Shown piece by piece: positions 22,596 to 30,889 of a stretch of DNA of 32,000 bases. The notes under the pieces were generated by a model, which was given only the letters and a program-made list of their open reading frames with translations, ran no database searches and was not told where the DNA came from. Origin of the DNA: an uncultured Chloroflexia bacterium. GTDB taxonomy: Bacteria > Chloroflexota > Anaerolineae > Anaerolineales > Anaerolineaceae. The stretch is from contig OY969938.1 of NCBI GenBank assembly GCA_963704755.1, positions 3,570,001 to 3,602,000 of the forward strand, written 5' to 3'. The position numbers and the translations under genes were made by a program. Within the stretch, counting starts at the first letter, position 1, and every line of letters begins with the position of its first letter.

Positions 22596-24824
22596 CTAAT
22601 AAACTTCCTGCTTTTCGGCGATGGCCTCCAGGACAACCTGGGGAACCAGTGGAAAGTGGTCGAACCAGATGCCGGTGGCGTCGTACACTGCGGCGGTGAC
22701 CGCGGGCGCCAGGCACATGTTCATGACCTCACCCAGGCCGCGCGCCCCCCAGGGCCCGCGCGGATCGGGAATTTCCAGCACCATGATATCCATTTCCCGC
22801 GGAATATCGAGCACGGTCGGCACCAGGTAGGTGGACAGGTTGTGGGTCATCACCTGGCCTTCTTTTTCAACAAAGTTTTCCATTACGGCGTAGCCGACTG
22901 ACTGAACCAGGCCGCCCTGGATTTGCCCGATCACCAGTTGAGGATTGATGGCTTTGCCGACGTCGATGGCGCAATAAATTTTCTCGATTTCCACCACCCC
23001 GGTCTCCATATCCACCAGCACCTGGGCAACCTGGGCCGTATAAGCGTAGGCCACATTGGGGTCGCACTGGCCGGTCTCCGGATCGGGGGCTGTGGTCTGG
23101 TGGGGCAAATAAGTATGATCCAGATGCACCGGTCGTTCACCGCCGGCCCATAACGCCAGGGCTTTCCCGGCGCCTTCTTTGATCGCATTGCCGATGAAAA
23201 AGGTCATACGTGAAGCTGAAACCGAGCCCGCGTCCTTTACCCTGGCGGTGTCGGTGGAAAGAAGATCGACCTTTTCCATTGGCAGGCCCAGCGCCTCGGC
23301 GGCCATTTGAGTGATGACTGTGTGCGCACCCATGCCGACTTCGCTGGCGCCGTGGCGGATGACGGCCCGTTCGATTTCGGCTTCACCGTACAGATCGATG
23401 CCGATGGTGCAACTTTCCGGATACCCGTAGGAAAACCCCACGTTCTTGTGAGCGCAAGCCAGCCCCAGACCGCGACGCAGATACGGCCGCTGCGGATCGG
23501 TTTTTGGACACGCGCGGGCAAGCTGCCACCCCACCGGGGTTGCGCTCCAGCCGGCTCCTTCGGCACACGCCTGGGTGACCTCGCGAATGGAGACGCCGGG
23601 TGGGTAGGGTGCGCCGGTAGTCTGCAGGGAGCCTTCTTTGGCCAGGTTGCGCATGCGCAGTTCCATCGCATCCATGTTCAGCGCGGCCGCCAGCTTGTTG
23701 ACCATCTGCTCGGCACAATAAACCGCCTGCGGTCCGCCGAAACCACGAAATGCGCCCCGCGGGACGTTGTTGGTGTACACGTCGTAGGCATCCACCTTGA
23801 CATTGGGGATCTCGTAGGGCCCGAGTGCGTTGAGGACGGCGTTGCTGGTCACAATGCTGGTGGTGAATTTATACGCCCCGCCGTCGGCCAGCATCTTCAC
23901 TTCGGCGGCGACGATCTTGCCATCCCGGGTGGCGCCCCAACGAGTATAGAAACGGAAAGGATGCCGTTTACAATGTCCCAGGATCAATTCTTCCCGGTTC
24001 CAAACCACTTTGACCGGGTGGGGATTGCCCATCCGATTCAGTTTGAGCGCCGCCAGCGACACGATGATCTGTACTGAAATATCTTCACGCCCGCCGAAAG
24101 CCCCGCCGGTCATCGGGTAAATCACGCGGACTTCGTCCTCGGCCAGCCCGAGCGAATGGGCAATCTGTTTGCGGTCTTTCATGCCCCATTGCCCGGTGGT
24201 GACCACGGTAATATGGCCTTCTTCATCGATATAGGCCAATCCGCTCTCGGTTTGCAGATACGCATGTTCCTGGGCGGGTGTATTGAGAACCGATTCTACG
24301 ATCACATCCGCCTGGCGAAAACCGGCCTCGATATCGCCGTTGTAGAGCTTGTGATGGCCAAAAATATTGCTGCCTACATCCGGGTGGAGGACCGGCGCGC
24401 CTGGCAGGGTCGCTTCTTCCGCGTCGCAAACGACCGGCAAGTCTTCGTATTCCACCACGATCAGATCGCGGGCTTTGGCCGCGATGGCTTCTGTCTCGGC
24501 GACCACCGCGGCGACCCGGTCACCGACAAAACGGACCCGGTCGGCGTAGGGTTTCTGGCAAGGGCCGCAAAGCACCGGTTGATCGTAGCTATAGTAGCCG
24601 AACTCATTGCAGGGAACATCCTGGGAGGTCAGCACACACAGCACACCCGGCAAAGCTTCTGCCCTGGTGGTGTCCACCCGCCTGACGATCGCATGCGGCC
24701 GGTGGGCCATCAACATTTTCATATACACTTGCCCGGGCATCACCATGTCTGATGCGAAGACCGCCTTCCCTTTTACCTTGGCTTCTGCATCGACGCGGGG
24801 TACAGACTGGCCGATATATTTCAT
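22596..24824 (-). CDS. Xanthine dehydrogenase / aldehyde oxidase / CoxL-family molybdopterin-binding large subunit.
   Basis: The protein is 742 aa. The N-terminal a/b-hammerhead start reads GQSVPRVDAEAKVKGKAVFASD. A GGAFGGRED motif (GGGFGGK-type) is present, and the C-terminal catalytic-Glu loop reads ARGLGEV. GAGGTGG lies 7 nt upstream of the ATG at 24824. Confidence 0.93.
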   Translation of the reverse strand: MKYIGQSVPRVDAEAKVKGKAVFASDMVMPGQVYMKMLMAHRPHAIVRRVDTTRAEALPGVLCVLTSQDVPCNEFGYYSYDQPVLCGPCQKPYADRVRFVGDRVAAVVAETEAIAAKARDLIVVEYEDLPVVCDAEEATLPGAPVLHPDVGSNIFGHHKLYNGDIEAGFRQADVIVESVLNTPAQEHAYLQTESGLAYIDEEGHITVVTTGQWGMKDRKQIAHSLGLAEDEVRVIYPMTGGAFGGREDISVQIIVSLAALKLNRMGNPHPVKVVWNREELILGHCKRHPFRFYTRWGATRDGKIVAAEVKMLADGGAYKFTTSIVTSNAVLNALGPYEIPNVKVDAYDVYTNNVPRGAFRGFGGPQAVYCAEQMVNKLAAALNMDAMELRMRNLAKEGSLQTTGAPYPPGVSIREVTQACAEGAGWSATPVGWQLARACPKTDPQRPYLRRGLGLACAHKNVGFSYGYPESCTIGIDLYGEAEIERAVIRHGASEVGMGAHTVITQMAAEALGLPMEKVDLLSTDTARVKDAGSVSASRMTFFIGNAIKEGAGKALALWAGGERPVHLDHTYLPHQTTAPDPETGQCDPNVAYAYTAQVAQVLVDMETGVVEIEKIYCAIDVGKAINPQLVIGQIQGGLVQSVGYAVMENFVEKEGQVMTHNLSTYLVPTVLDIPREMDIMVLEIPDPRGPWGARGLGEVMNMCLAPAVTAAVYDATGIWFDHFPLVPQVVLEAIAEKQEVY

Positions 24825-25088
24825 GTTTTATCCACCTCGGGGGTATTCTTATGCGCCACAGGACCTTCTCCGGCTCAGATTCGGGTTAAGCCGGGTAGGT
24901 TTTGGCTATTTTATTTTAATCACAATCCAGGGGAAGGATCAATTGACGATCGAAAGGAAAATCAGGTTTAAATACTCACTTGACTTTCTGTTCTTTTTGT
25001 AAGGGACGAAAGAATATATTCTGGGCAATCTTTTGAGGGTTATTTTATCGACACGAGGGGTGATTGATAAAATAGCGCCGTTTGGGTA

Positions 25089-25116
25089 TTGAACATCCTA
25101 AAGCGCTCGATATATG
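25089..25116 (+). promoter_or_regulatory. Candidate promoter of the SDR gene.
   Basis: TTGAAC (25089-25094) is followed by a 16-nt spacer and TATATG (25111-25116), about 45 nt upstream of the ATG. The call rests on motif match only. Confidence 0.3.
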
Positions 25117-25159
25117 ATGAATATGATCTATTTGCTAGGTTTTAAAACTGGAGTGTGAT

Positions 25160-25969
25160 ATGAATGTTCAGGGAAAAATAATTGTCGTAACAGGGGGTGG
25201 AAGTGGGATGGGGCGAGAACTGGTTTTGCTGCTGCTTAAAAAGGGGGCGCGGGTTGCTGCGGTGGATATCAATGAAGCCGCATTGCAAGAAACAGCGGCG
25301 TTGGCAGGTGATTTAAAAGGAAAGCTCTCTACCCATATTGTCAATATAACCGACCGTGACGCGGTCGCTGCACTCCCCGAGGCAGTCATCCAGGCGCACG
25401 GGGCTGTGGACGGGGTGATCAACAATGCCGGCATCATCCAACGCTTCGTCAAGATCAATGATCTGGATTTCAAGGATATCGAGCGCGTTTTCAATGTCAA
25501 CTTTTGGGGCGCCGTCAATGTGACCAAGGCGTTTTTGCCCTATCTGCTCAAGCGCCCCGAAGCACATATCGTCAACACCTCCAGCATGGGCGGCTACCTG
25601 CCCGTACCCGGGCAGACGGCTTACGGCGCGTCCAAAGCGGCGGTGAAATTATTTAGCGAAGGGCTGCATTCGGAACTGCTGGCGACCCATGTGCACGTGA
25701 GCGTGGTTTTCCCCGGCGCCATTGCCACCAATATTGCCGCCAATTCAGGGGTTATGGCCACTATGGATGCTGCCGCGGCCAGTTCTTCGAATATCAAAAT
25801 GACCCTGGCCACCACCGCGGCCGAAATCATTGTAGAGGGTATGGAAAAGAACAAATACCACATCCTGGTCGGCTCGGACGCGAAAATGATGGATTTTCTT
25901 TGCCGGCTGGCGCCAAAGTATGCCGCCCAGCTTATTTATAAACAAATGAGCTCGCTATTATCGGAATAA
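25160..25969 (+). CDS. Short-chain dehydrogenase/reductase (SDR) family oxidoreductase.
   Basis: The cofactor motif is TGGGSGMG (TGxxxGxG). NNAG is present, and the catalytic residues are S...YGASKAAVK (YxxxK). GGAG lies 7 nt upstream of the ATG. Confidence 0.93.
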   Translation: MNVQGKIIVVTGGGSGMGRELVLLLLKKGARVAAVDINEAALQETAALAGDLKGKLSTHIVNITDRDAVAALPEAVIQAHGAVDGVINNAGIIQRFVKINDLDFKDIERVFNVNFWGAVNVTKAFLPYLLKRPEAHIVNTSSMGGYLPVPGQTAYGASKAAVKLFSEGLHSELLATHVHVSVVFPGAIATNIAANSGVMATMDAAAASSSNIKMTLATTAAEIIVEGMEKNKYHILVGSDAKMMDFLCRLAPKYAAQLIYKQMSSLLSE

Positions 25970-26038
25970 AAGGACGGTACACAACCTTACTGGTTTTAAA
26001 CAAAAACCGAAATTGGATCGATAAACAAAAAAGGCGAT

Positions 26039-26069
26039 GGGAGGTGTTGAATTGACACCTCTTCATTTT
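26039..26069 (+). terminator. Rho-independent terminator downstream of the SDR gene.
   Basis: The stem is GAGGTGT, the loop TGAATTG and the return arm ACACCTC (26041-26061), with two possible G-U extensions. TTCATTTTG follows. An A6 run precedes it, so it may also work weakly on the other strand. Confidence 0.5.
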
Positions 26070-26375
26070 GCGGGGCACGATGGGGTAGCTGGAATTAAAA
26101 CCTCTCCGCTCTGCAGGACTCATTCCTAAAAAGGGGCATACAACCTGCATGGCCAGGCGAATAGACAGCCCTATATACCCGTCAAGGAGGATAAGCTCGC
26201 GGTTGCGTTTCGAACTTTGTCTTACAAATACGCTGTTCTAAGGTCAGTTGTTATACGAGGGGATTGGCGTGAGCGCTACTGCTTTTCTCCCCTGTTTTCA
26301 AATCCCAACTGTAGACAAGAATACCCGTTGGAAACCAAAACCAGAAGTGGTGTTTTACACAGGCGAAGAGATCGC

Positions 26376-26408
26376 AAAAAAAATGTGCTGAGGTGCAAAA
26401 ATATCAGC
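26376..26408 (-). terminator. Weak terminator immediately after the ABC-2 operon.
   Basis: The minus strand reads GCTGA, a 12-nt loop, TCAGC, then ACATTTTTTTT (T8). The stem has only 5 bp. Confidence 0.35.
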
Positions 26409-26411
26409 CTT

Positions 26412-27683
26412 TCAGTCCACCTGATAACGAAAACGAGGGATCGCGATCAAAAAAGCCACCACGGCAATAGCGAGCAAAACGCCCATGGGTACCAGGACGT
26501 CCGGCAGGTGAGCGCCATGGTAGGTGAGGGCAGTAAAGCCATCCATGGCCCAGGCTACCGGCGAAATGTGGCCAATGATCCGCATGGATTTGGGCACGAT
26601 CTCCAGCGGCCACCAGGCTCCGCCCAAAGGGGCCATGATCAGGGTAAATAAAAGGCCCAACCCACTCGCCTGGGCCGGATTTTTCAGCCCGGAACCAAGC
26701 GCAAAGGAAATGGCCGTGATGGAAAGGGTATAGACGATGACGAGCAGCAGCAGCGCCAGCGGGTCTTTACCGAAATTCATCCCTAACAGGGCACCCACCA
26801 CAAGGACAACCACAAACTGGAGCAGCCCAATACAAAACCGGGCCAGGATTTTGCCGGCGAGTAAGGTACTGCGCGAAACGGGCATGGATGCCAGGCGCTG
26901 CAGGGTCCACTGCTGGCGTTCGACGATCAAGGCGGCCATACTCCCAAAGATAGTCATCATCACGAACATGGATCCCATACCCGGAACCGATTGGCCCAGC
27001 CCTTGCTGCAGGCTTTCTCCCGTCGTCAAAGGTTTAGATGAGCCGGAGAGGGTATAATCGATCGATATTTTATTGCCTTTTTCGAGCGCCAGTGCCTGCC
27101 GGTACAGCGCAGCTTTCATCTGCTGGCTTTCGCCGGCCGGCAAGGACTGGCCTTGAAGACGATCGACGATCGCCAGCCCTACCTGGGAGGCCACCGCGGC
27201 GGCATTGACCTGGGACAGGGCCGCTTCTACGGCTTGTTGGGCATTCTGGGATGCGCCGTAACTGCTGGCGCTATGAAAGGTCAGTGTATTGGCTTGCAGG
27301 GCAGAAAGGCTGGCCTCGAAGCCGGCGGGGATCTCCAGAAGTGCGACCGAGGTCGCATCCGATACGCGAGTCAAGGCCAGGTTTTCGCCGAGGCTGCCCG
27401 CGGTACCCAGGGCGCAGACATCGCTATCCGTGTTATCCATCGGGCACAGGGTCAGGTCAGGGTCGGCCTGGCGAATCGCAGCCAGGAATTGCTGGGAGGC
27501 CGGGGTGTTATCCAGATCGATAACGTCTAACCTTTGTGGGGACGACCCGTTGAAGGCGCCGCCACTGACCAGCCCAATCAATACCGTCATAAGGATCGGG
27601 GTAATCAACAACCCCGGGAGGTTCGAGCGCCGGCTTAAAAACACGATTAAATCTTGTCGCACAATTGCAAAAATCTTTGCCAT
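26412..27683 (-). CDS. ABC-2 type transporter permease (second paralog), with a large extracytoplasmic loop after TM1.
   Basis: After TM1 there is a ~200-aa loop, then five to six C-terminal TM helices, the typical ABC-2 membrane layout. The preferred start is the ATG at 27683 (MAKIFAIV...), with GAGGTG 4-5 nt upstream. The alternative GTG at 27695 overlaps the upstream stop. Confidence 0.88.
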   Translation of the reverse strand: MAKIFAIVRQDLIVFLSRRSNLPGLLITPILMTVLIGLVSGGAFNGSSPQRLDVIDLDNTPASQQFLAAIRQADPDLTLCPMDNTDSDVCALGTAGSLGENLALTRVSDATSVALLEIPAGFEASLSALQANTLTFHSASSYGASQNAQQAVEAALSQVNAAAVASQVGLAIVDRLQGQSLPAGESQQMKAALYRQALALEKGNKISIDYTLSGSSKPLTTGESLQQGLGQSVPGMGSMFVMMTIFGSMAALIVERQQWTLQRLASMPVSRSTLLAGKILARFCIGLLQFVVVLVVGALLGMNFGKDPLALLLLVIVYTLSITAISFALGSGLKNPAQASGLGLLFTLIMAPLGGAWWPLEIVPKSMRIIGHISPVAWAMDGFTALTYHGAHLPDVLVPMGVLLAIAVVAFLIAIPRFRYQVD

Positions 27684-27691
27684 GCTGCACC

Positions 27692-29116
27692 TCACACTTC
27701 GAACTTGCGGTTAAAGAGAAACAGGCCCAGCGCAAACATCAAAGCTCCTTCTGCGATCAGCACCAGAACGTTGAGCGAAACGCTTCCATGCCCGGCGGCA
27801 AGGACTTCGAATGCCTGCCGCCCCCAATAAATAAGCGAAAACTTTTCTATCGAGGGAGGTAATTGAAAGCCGAAAGCACCTCCCAGCACGCCCAGGGCCA
27901 TGTTGAGAACAGAGCCCACGATGTTGGCCTGCTCCACTCCTTTGATCACGCCCGCCAGGAGCATCCCAAAGCCCGAAACCGCCACGGAAACGGCGATCAG
28001 AACCAATCCCAACCAGGGCAGATCAGTGCCCCAGATAAAGGTGAAGTGCCCTTCGATCAGACTGCCCACAATGGTCAGGGCGATAATCAAAGCCAAGAGT
28101 TGGAATAAAACACTGGCCAACACGCCCACCATTTTTCCGCCCAAAATAGCCCAGCGGGGGGTGGGCGTCGAGAGCATCCTTTGCAAGGTCCAATTCCTGC
28201 GCTCATCGTACATGCTCAGGATGCCAAATTGCCCGGTAAAAAGTGCAAAGAACACCGCCTGAGCCGAGCCGAACGTGACCAATAATGCACCGGCGGTGCT
28301 GGTCGGAGCGGCTTGAACCGGCTTCTGCACCAACTGGATCAGATCGCTGCCCGGCTGAAAGGCGCACGAGAACAGGCTGTAGATGGCGGGGTCGGAGGCA
28401 TTCGCGAGCGCTTCGGGATGGCTGGCCGCCAGCTCGGCGAAAGTGGCGCCAATGGCAATATTCCCGCTGACCAGTTGGTTTGTGATGGTATCGACCACGC
28501 TGCGGACAATCCCGGCCGAGAGGCTGTCGCCGGCGTTACCGTAGACTGTAATGGTAGATGCTTCTTTGGCCAGGCGCGGGTCCGTAAGGCTCGCCAGCGA
28601 AGAGGAGAAATTTGGCGGGATGATCACGGCGGCCGCATAAACGCCTTTATCGACCGCGGACCGGGCGGCCGAGTCCAGGTATTGGGGGTCGCTGGCCGCA
28701 GCGGCCGGGGGCAGGATGGCCTGGCTGCTGACCAGTTCCTGTGCGGTCGAGCTGTTGAAGGAAACACCCTGAATCAATTCGTTAAGCGCCAGACCCCCGG
28801 TCGAAGAACCGCTGGCAGAGGATGCGTTTTGCGGGCAGGCAGACGTCGAGGAGGTCTCCTCTGCCGGCAGGCTGCCCGTCGTAAGCAGCCCGGCCAGGAT
28901 GGTACCGTAGGCTGCGCCGTTCTGGCCGGCAAGATCGTGGTTGACCACCGCCACAGGGATATTCTGGATGGGGCTGGACGTGCTCCCCAGGTTACCGAAG
29001 GCTAGACCGATGATGGTCGAGATGGCCAGGGGCGCGGCCAACATAATCAATAGCAAGCGCCGGTCTGTGAACCGGTTGCGGACTTCTTTTATGGCAATTA
29101 CCCAGAGCTTGTCCAT
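27692..29116 (-). CDS. ABC-2 type transporter permease (first paralog), with a large extracytoplasmic loop after TM1.
   Basis: The N-terminus MDKLWVIAIKEVRNRFTDRRLLLIML... includes TM1. A ~250-aa loop follows, containing a Ser-rich stretch (SSTSACPQNASSASGSSTGG), then a C-terminal six-TM ABC-2 domain. The start lies 1 nt after the ATPase stop. Confidence 0.88.
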   Translation of the reverse strand: MDKLWVIAIKEVRNRFTDRRLLLIMLAAPLAISTIIGLAFGNLGSTSSPIQNIPVAVVNHDLAGQNGAAYGTILAGLLTTGSLPAEETSSTSACPQNASSASGSSTGGLALNELIQGVSFNSSTAQELVSSQAILPPAAAASDPQYLDSAARSAVDKGVYAAAVIIPPNFSSSLASLTDPRLAKEASTITVYGNAGDSLSAGIVRSVVDTITNQLVSGNIAIGATFAELAASHPEALANASDPAIYSLFSCAFQPGSDLIQLVQKPVQAAPTSTAGALLVTFGSAQAVFFALFTGQFGILSMYDERRNWTLQRMLSTPTPRWAILGGKMVGVLASVLFQLLALIIALTIVGSLIEGHFTFIWGTDLPWLGLVLIAVSVAVSGFGMLLAGVIKGVEQANIVGSVLNMALGVLGGAFGFQLPPSIEKFSLIYWGRQAFEVLAAGHGSVSLNVLVLIAEGALMFALGLFLFNRKFEV

Positions 29117-29117
29117 C

Positions 29118-30119
29118 TCAATCCCTCAATTCCCGGCCGGTCAGATGGAGGAACACCGCTTCCAGGTCGGGTTCGCGCACCTCAACCGACCCGATCTCGA
29201 TTCCGGCCTCATCCGCCAGGCGCAGAATGACCGGCAGCGCTTTTCGGCCGCGTTTGGCAGTCACCGTCAAACGCCCGCTGGGGTTGGCTTTGTTGTCCCC
29301 TTCCGCTCCAGGTGGATCGAAAACCGCCTGGGTGACACCTTCAACGGATGAGTGAATTCGCTCGAGCACCCCGGCAGGGATCACCGCCTGGCCCACTTTG
29401 AACACCAGGCGGTCCTGTTCGCCCACCTGTTGGATCAAATCGCCAGGCGTGCCCAGGGCAATGATCTCGCCGTGGTCGATGATCCCGACCCGGTCGCTCA
29501 ATTCCTGGGCCTCTTCCATCAGGTGGGTGGTGTAAAGCACGGTGATACCGCGCTGATCGCGCAGAAGCTTGACCGTATCCAGGATGCGCCGGCGGCTTTG
29601 CGGGTCGATCCCGACGGTCGGCTCGTCCATGTACACCACCTGTGGATCGTGGAGTAAGCCAGCGGCAATGTTGACCCGCCGCTTCATGCCCCCCGAATAG
29701 GTCTCGATCCGGTCGGATTGGCGATCGCTCAGTTCGATGAAATCGAGCATCGCATCGATTCGGCTGTTGAGCTCCTTGCCTTTGATGCCGTACATCCGGC
29801 CGAAAAATTCCAGGTTCTGGCGAGCGGTCAAATTGGGATAGAGGGCGATTTCCTGGGGGACCACACCGAGCATCCGTTTGGCTTGCAGCGGGTTTTGGGT
29901 GATCGAGTAACCACCGATATAGGCATCGCCACGGGTAGGCGCGATCAGCCCGCTGATCATTGAAATGGTGGTGGTCTTTCCGGCGCCGTTAGGGCCCAGC
30001 AGGCTAAAGATCTCGCCTTTCTGAATCTGCAAATCTATGCCTTTAACCGCCTGGACCTCATCATGCTGGGCGTTGCGGTAGGTTTTTGCCAGGTCTTTCG
30101 TTTCAACCATTGGGTCCAT
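29118..30119 (-). CDS. ABC transporter ATP-binding protein (DrrA/CcmA-like, ABC-2 subfamily) with a C-terminal accessory domain.
   Basis: Walker A is GPNGAGKTT, the signature YSGGMKRR, Walker [14 protein letters not shown] and the H-loop TTHLMEEA. An extra ~100-aa C-terminal domain is present. The start is set at the ATG at 30119 ([10 protein letters not shown]...), with AAGGAG 6 nt upstream. The track ORF extends to 30203. Confidence 0.92.
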   Translation of the reverse strand: MDPMVETKDLAKTYRNAQHDEVQAVKGIDLQIQKGEIFSLLGPNGAGKTTTISMISGLIAPTRGDAYIGGYSITQNPLQAKRMLGVVPQEIALYPNLTARQNLEFFGRMYGIKGKELNSRIDAMLDFIELSDRQSDRIETYSGGMKRRVNIAAGLLHDPQVVYMDEPTVGIDPQSRRRILDTVKLLRDQRGITVLYTTHLMEEAQELSDRVGIIDHGEIIALGTPGDLIQQVGEQDRLVFKVGQAVIPAGVLERIHSSVEGVTQAVFDPPGAEGDNKANPSGRLTVTAKRGRKALPVILRLADEAGIEIGSVEVREPDLEAVFLHLTGRELRD

Positions 30120-30752
30120 CGTCGACTCCTTATCATCTTTCTTTGGCATAAAGGTTCCACGCCTGGGTGGGAATGGCTTTCTCAAGAAAGGGCTTGTCAC
30201 CATATGGCAGAAGCGACCAGGCCTCGCGATGAAAATGTTCCTGTTTTTTATTTAGTGAACATGAGAAAGACATGCCCGGGTGGTCCTTGGGAAAAAGCGA
30301 TTTTTATAACTCCTCAGGCTTCTGCCGTAGAGGCCCTGAATTTAGGTTTCTTCGCTGTCAGGCTGAGAAGTTACCGATGTTTTCTTTTTACGGAAAGGTA
30401 AATCAATTTGTAGCAATTGTTTATACGAGAAGTAAACCGAATCGTTGCTCACAGCCGGGACCAGTTTTACTGTGAAGGAGTCTTCGATTGCTAAGGCAGT
30501 TCGATGGATATTCTTGTGGGGATGATTTCCGGCTTAGCGGGAGACCGACCATGTCACCGCGCATGTGACACTCAGCGGGATTCACTTCTTAAATATAAAC
30601 ACCGCGCGGTGCTCGTAAGGATCGCCTAAAAATAATTTGTCTTTCTACCGGCGTCGGGGAGAATTTTAAAACCGTCTCTTTTACAGAGAGGTCTGGCTGT
30701 TTGATTCAGCGAAGTTAATATTATTTTAGCGCAAAAGGGAAGGGGATTAAAC

Positions 30753-30807
30753 CCCCAAATCAGGTTATCTACGCGGGCTTCGCGCGCGCAGATAACCTGA
30801 TTTGGGG
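30753..30807. repeat. 55-nt inverted repeat with perfect 18-bp arms.
   Basis: CCCCAAATCAGGTTATCT (30753-30770) pairs with AGATAACCTGATTTGGGG (30790-30807). After one mismatch, four more CGCG/CGCG pairs extend the stem. The GC-rich loop is itself self-complementary. Confidence 0.85.
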
Positions 30808-30889
30808 AATATTTCCATACGAGCGAGAGTGATTTCCTCTGGTCATGCAAAAGGGCCGGGTGGCTCGTCGCCGGGAAAAACCGGCTCCA

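Noticed and set aside
23307-24077. A 256-aa plus ORF antisense to the molybdopterin subunit gene.
   Set aside because: It is an antisense shadow ORF, and the minus frame is a full-length family member.
26217-26651. A 144-aa plus ORF spanning the spacer and the 3' end of the permease gene.
   Set aside because: It is basic and low in complexity, and half of it lies antisense to a confident gene.
28313-29005. A 230-aa plus ORF antisense to the first ABC-2 permease.
   Set aside because: Its Arg/Gly-rich composition marks it as an antisense shadow ORF.
30120-30203. A 28-codon N-terminal extension of the ABC-2 ATPase (MVTSPFLRKPFPPRRGTFMPKKDDKEST).
   Set aside because: It has no SD. The ATG at 30119 has AAGGAG at ideal spacing and begins right before the conserved NBD start.
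30626-30850. A 74-aa minus ORF covering the 55-nt inverted repeat.
   Set aside because: The reading frame runs straight through a perfect palindrome. It has no SD and atypical composition, so the palindrome is the more likely functional element.
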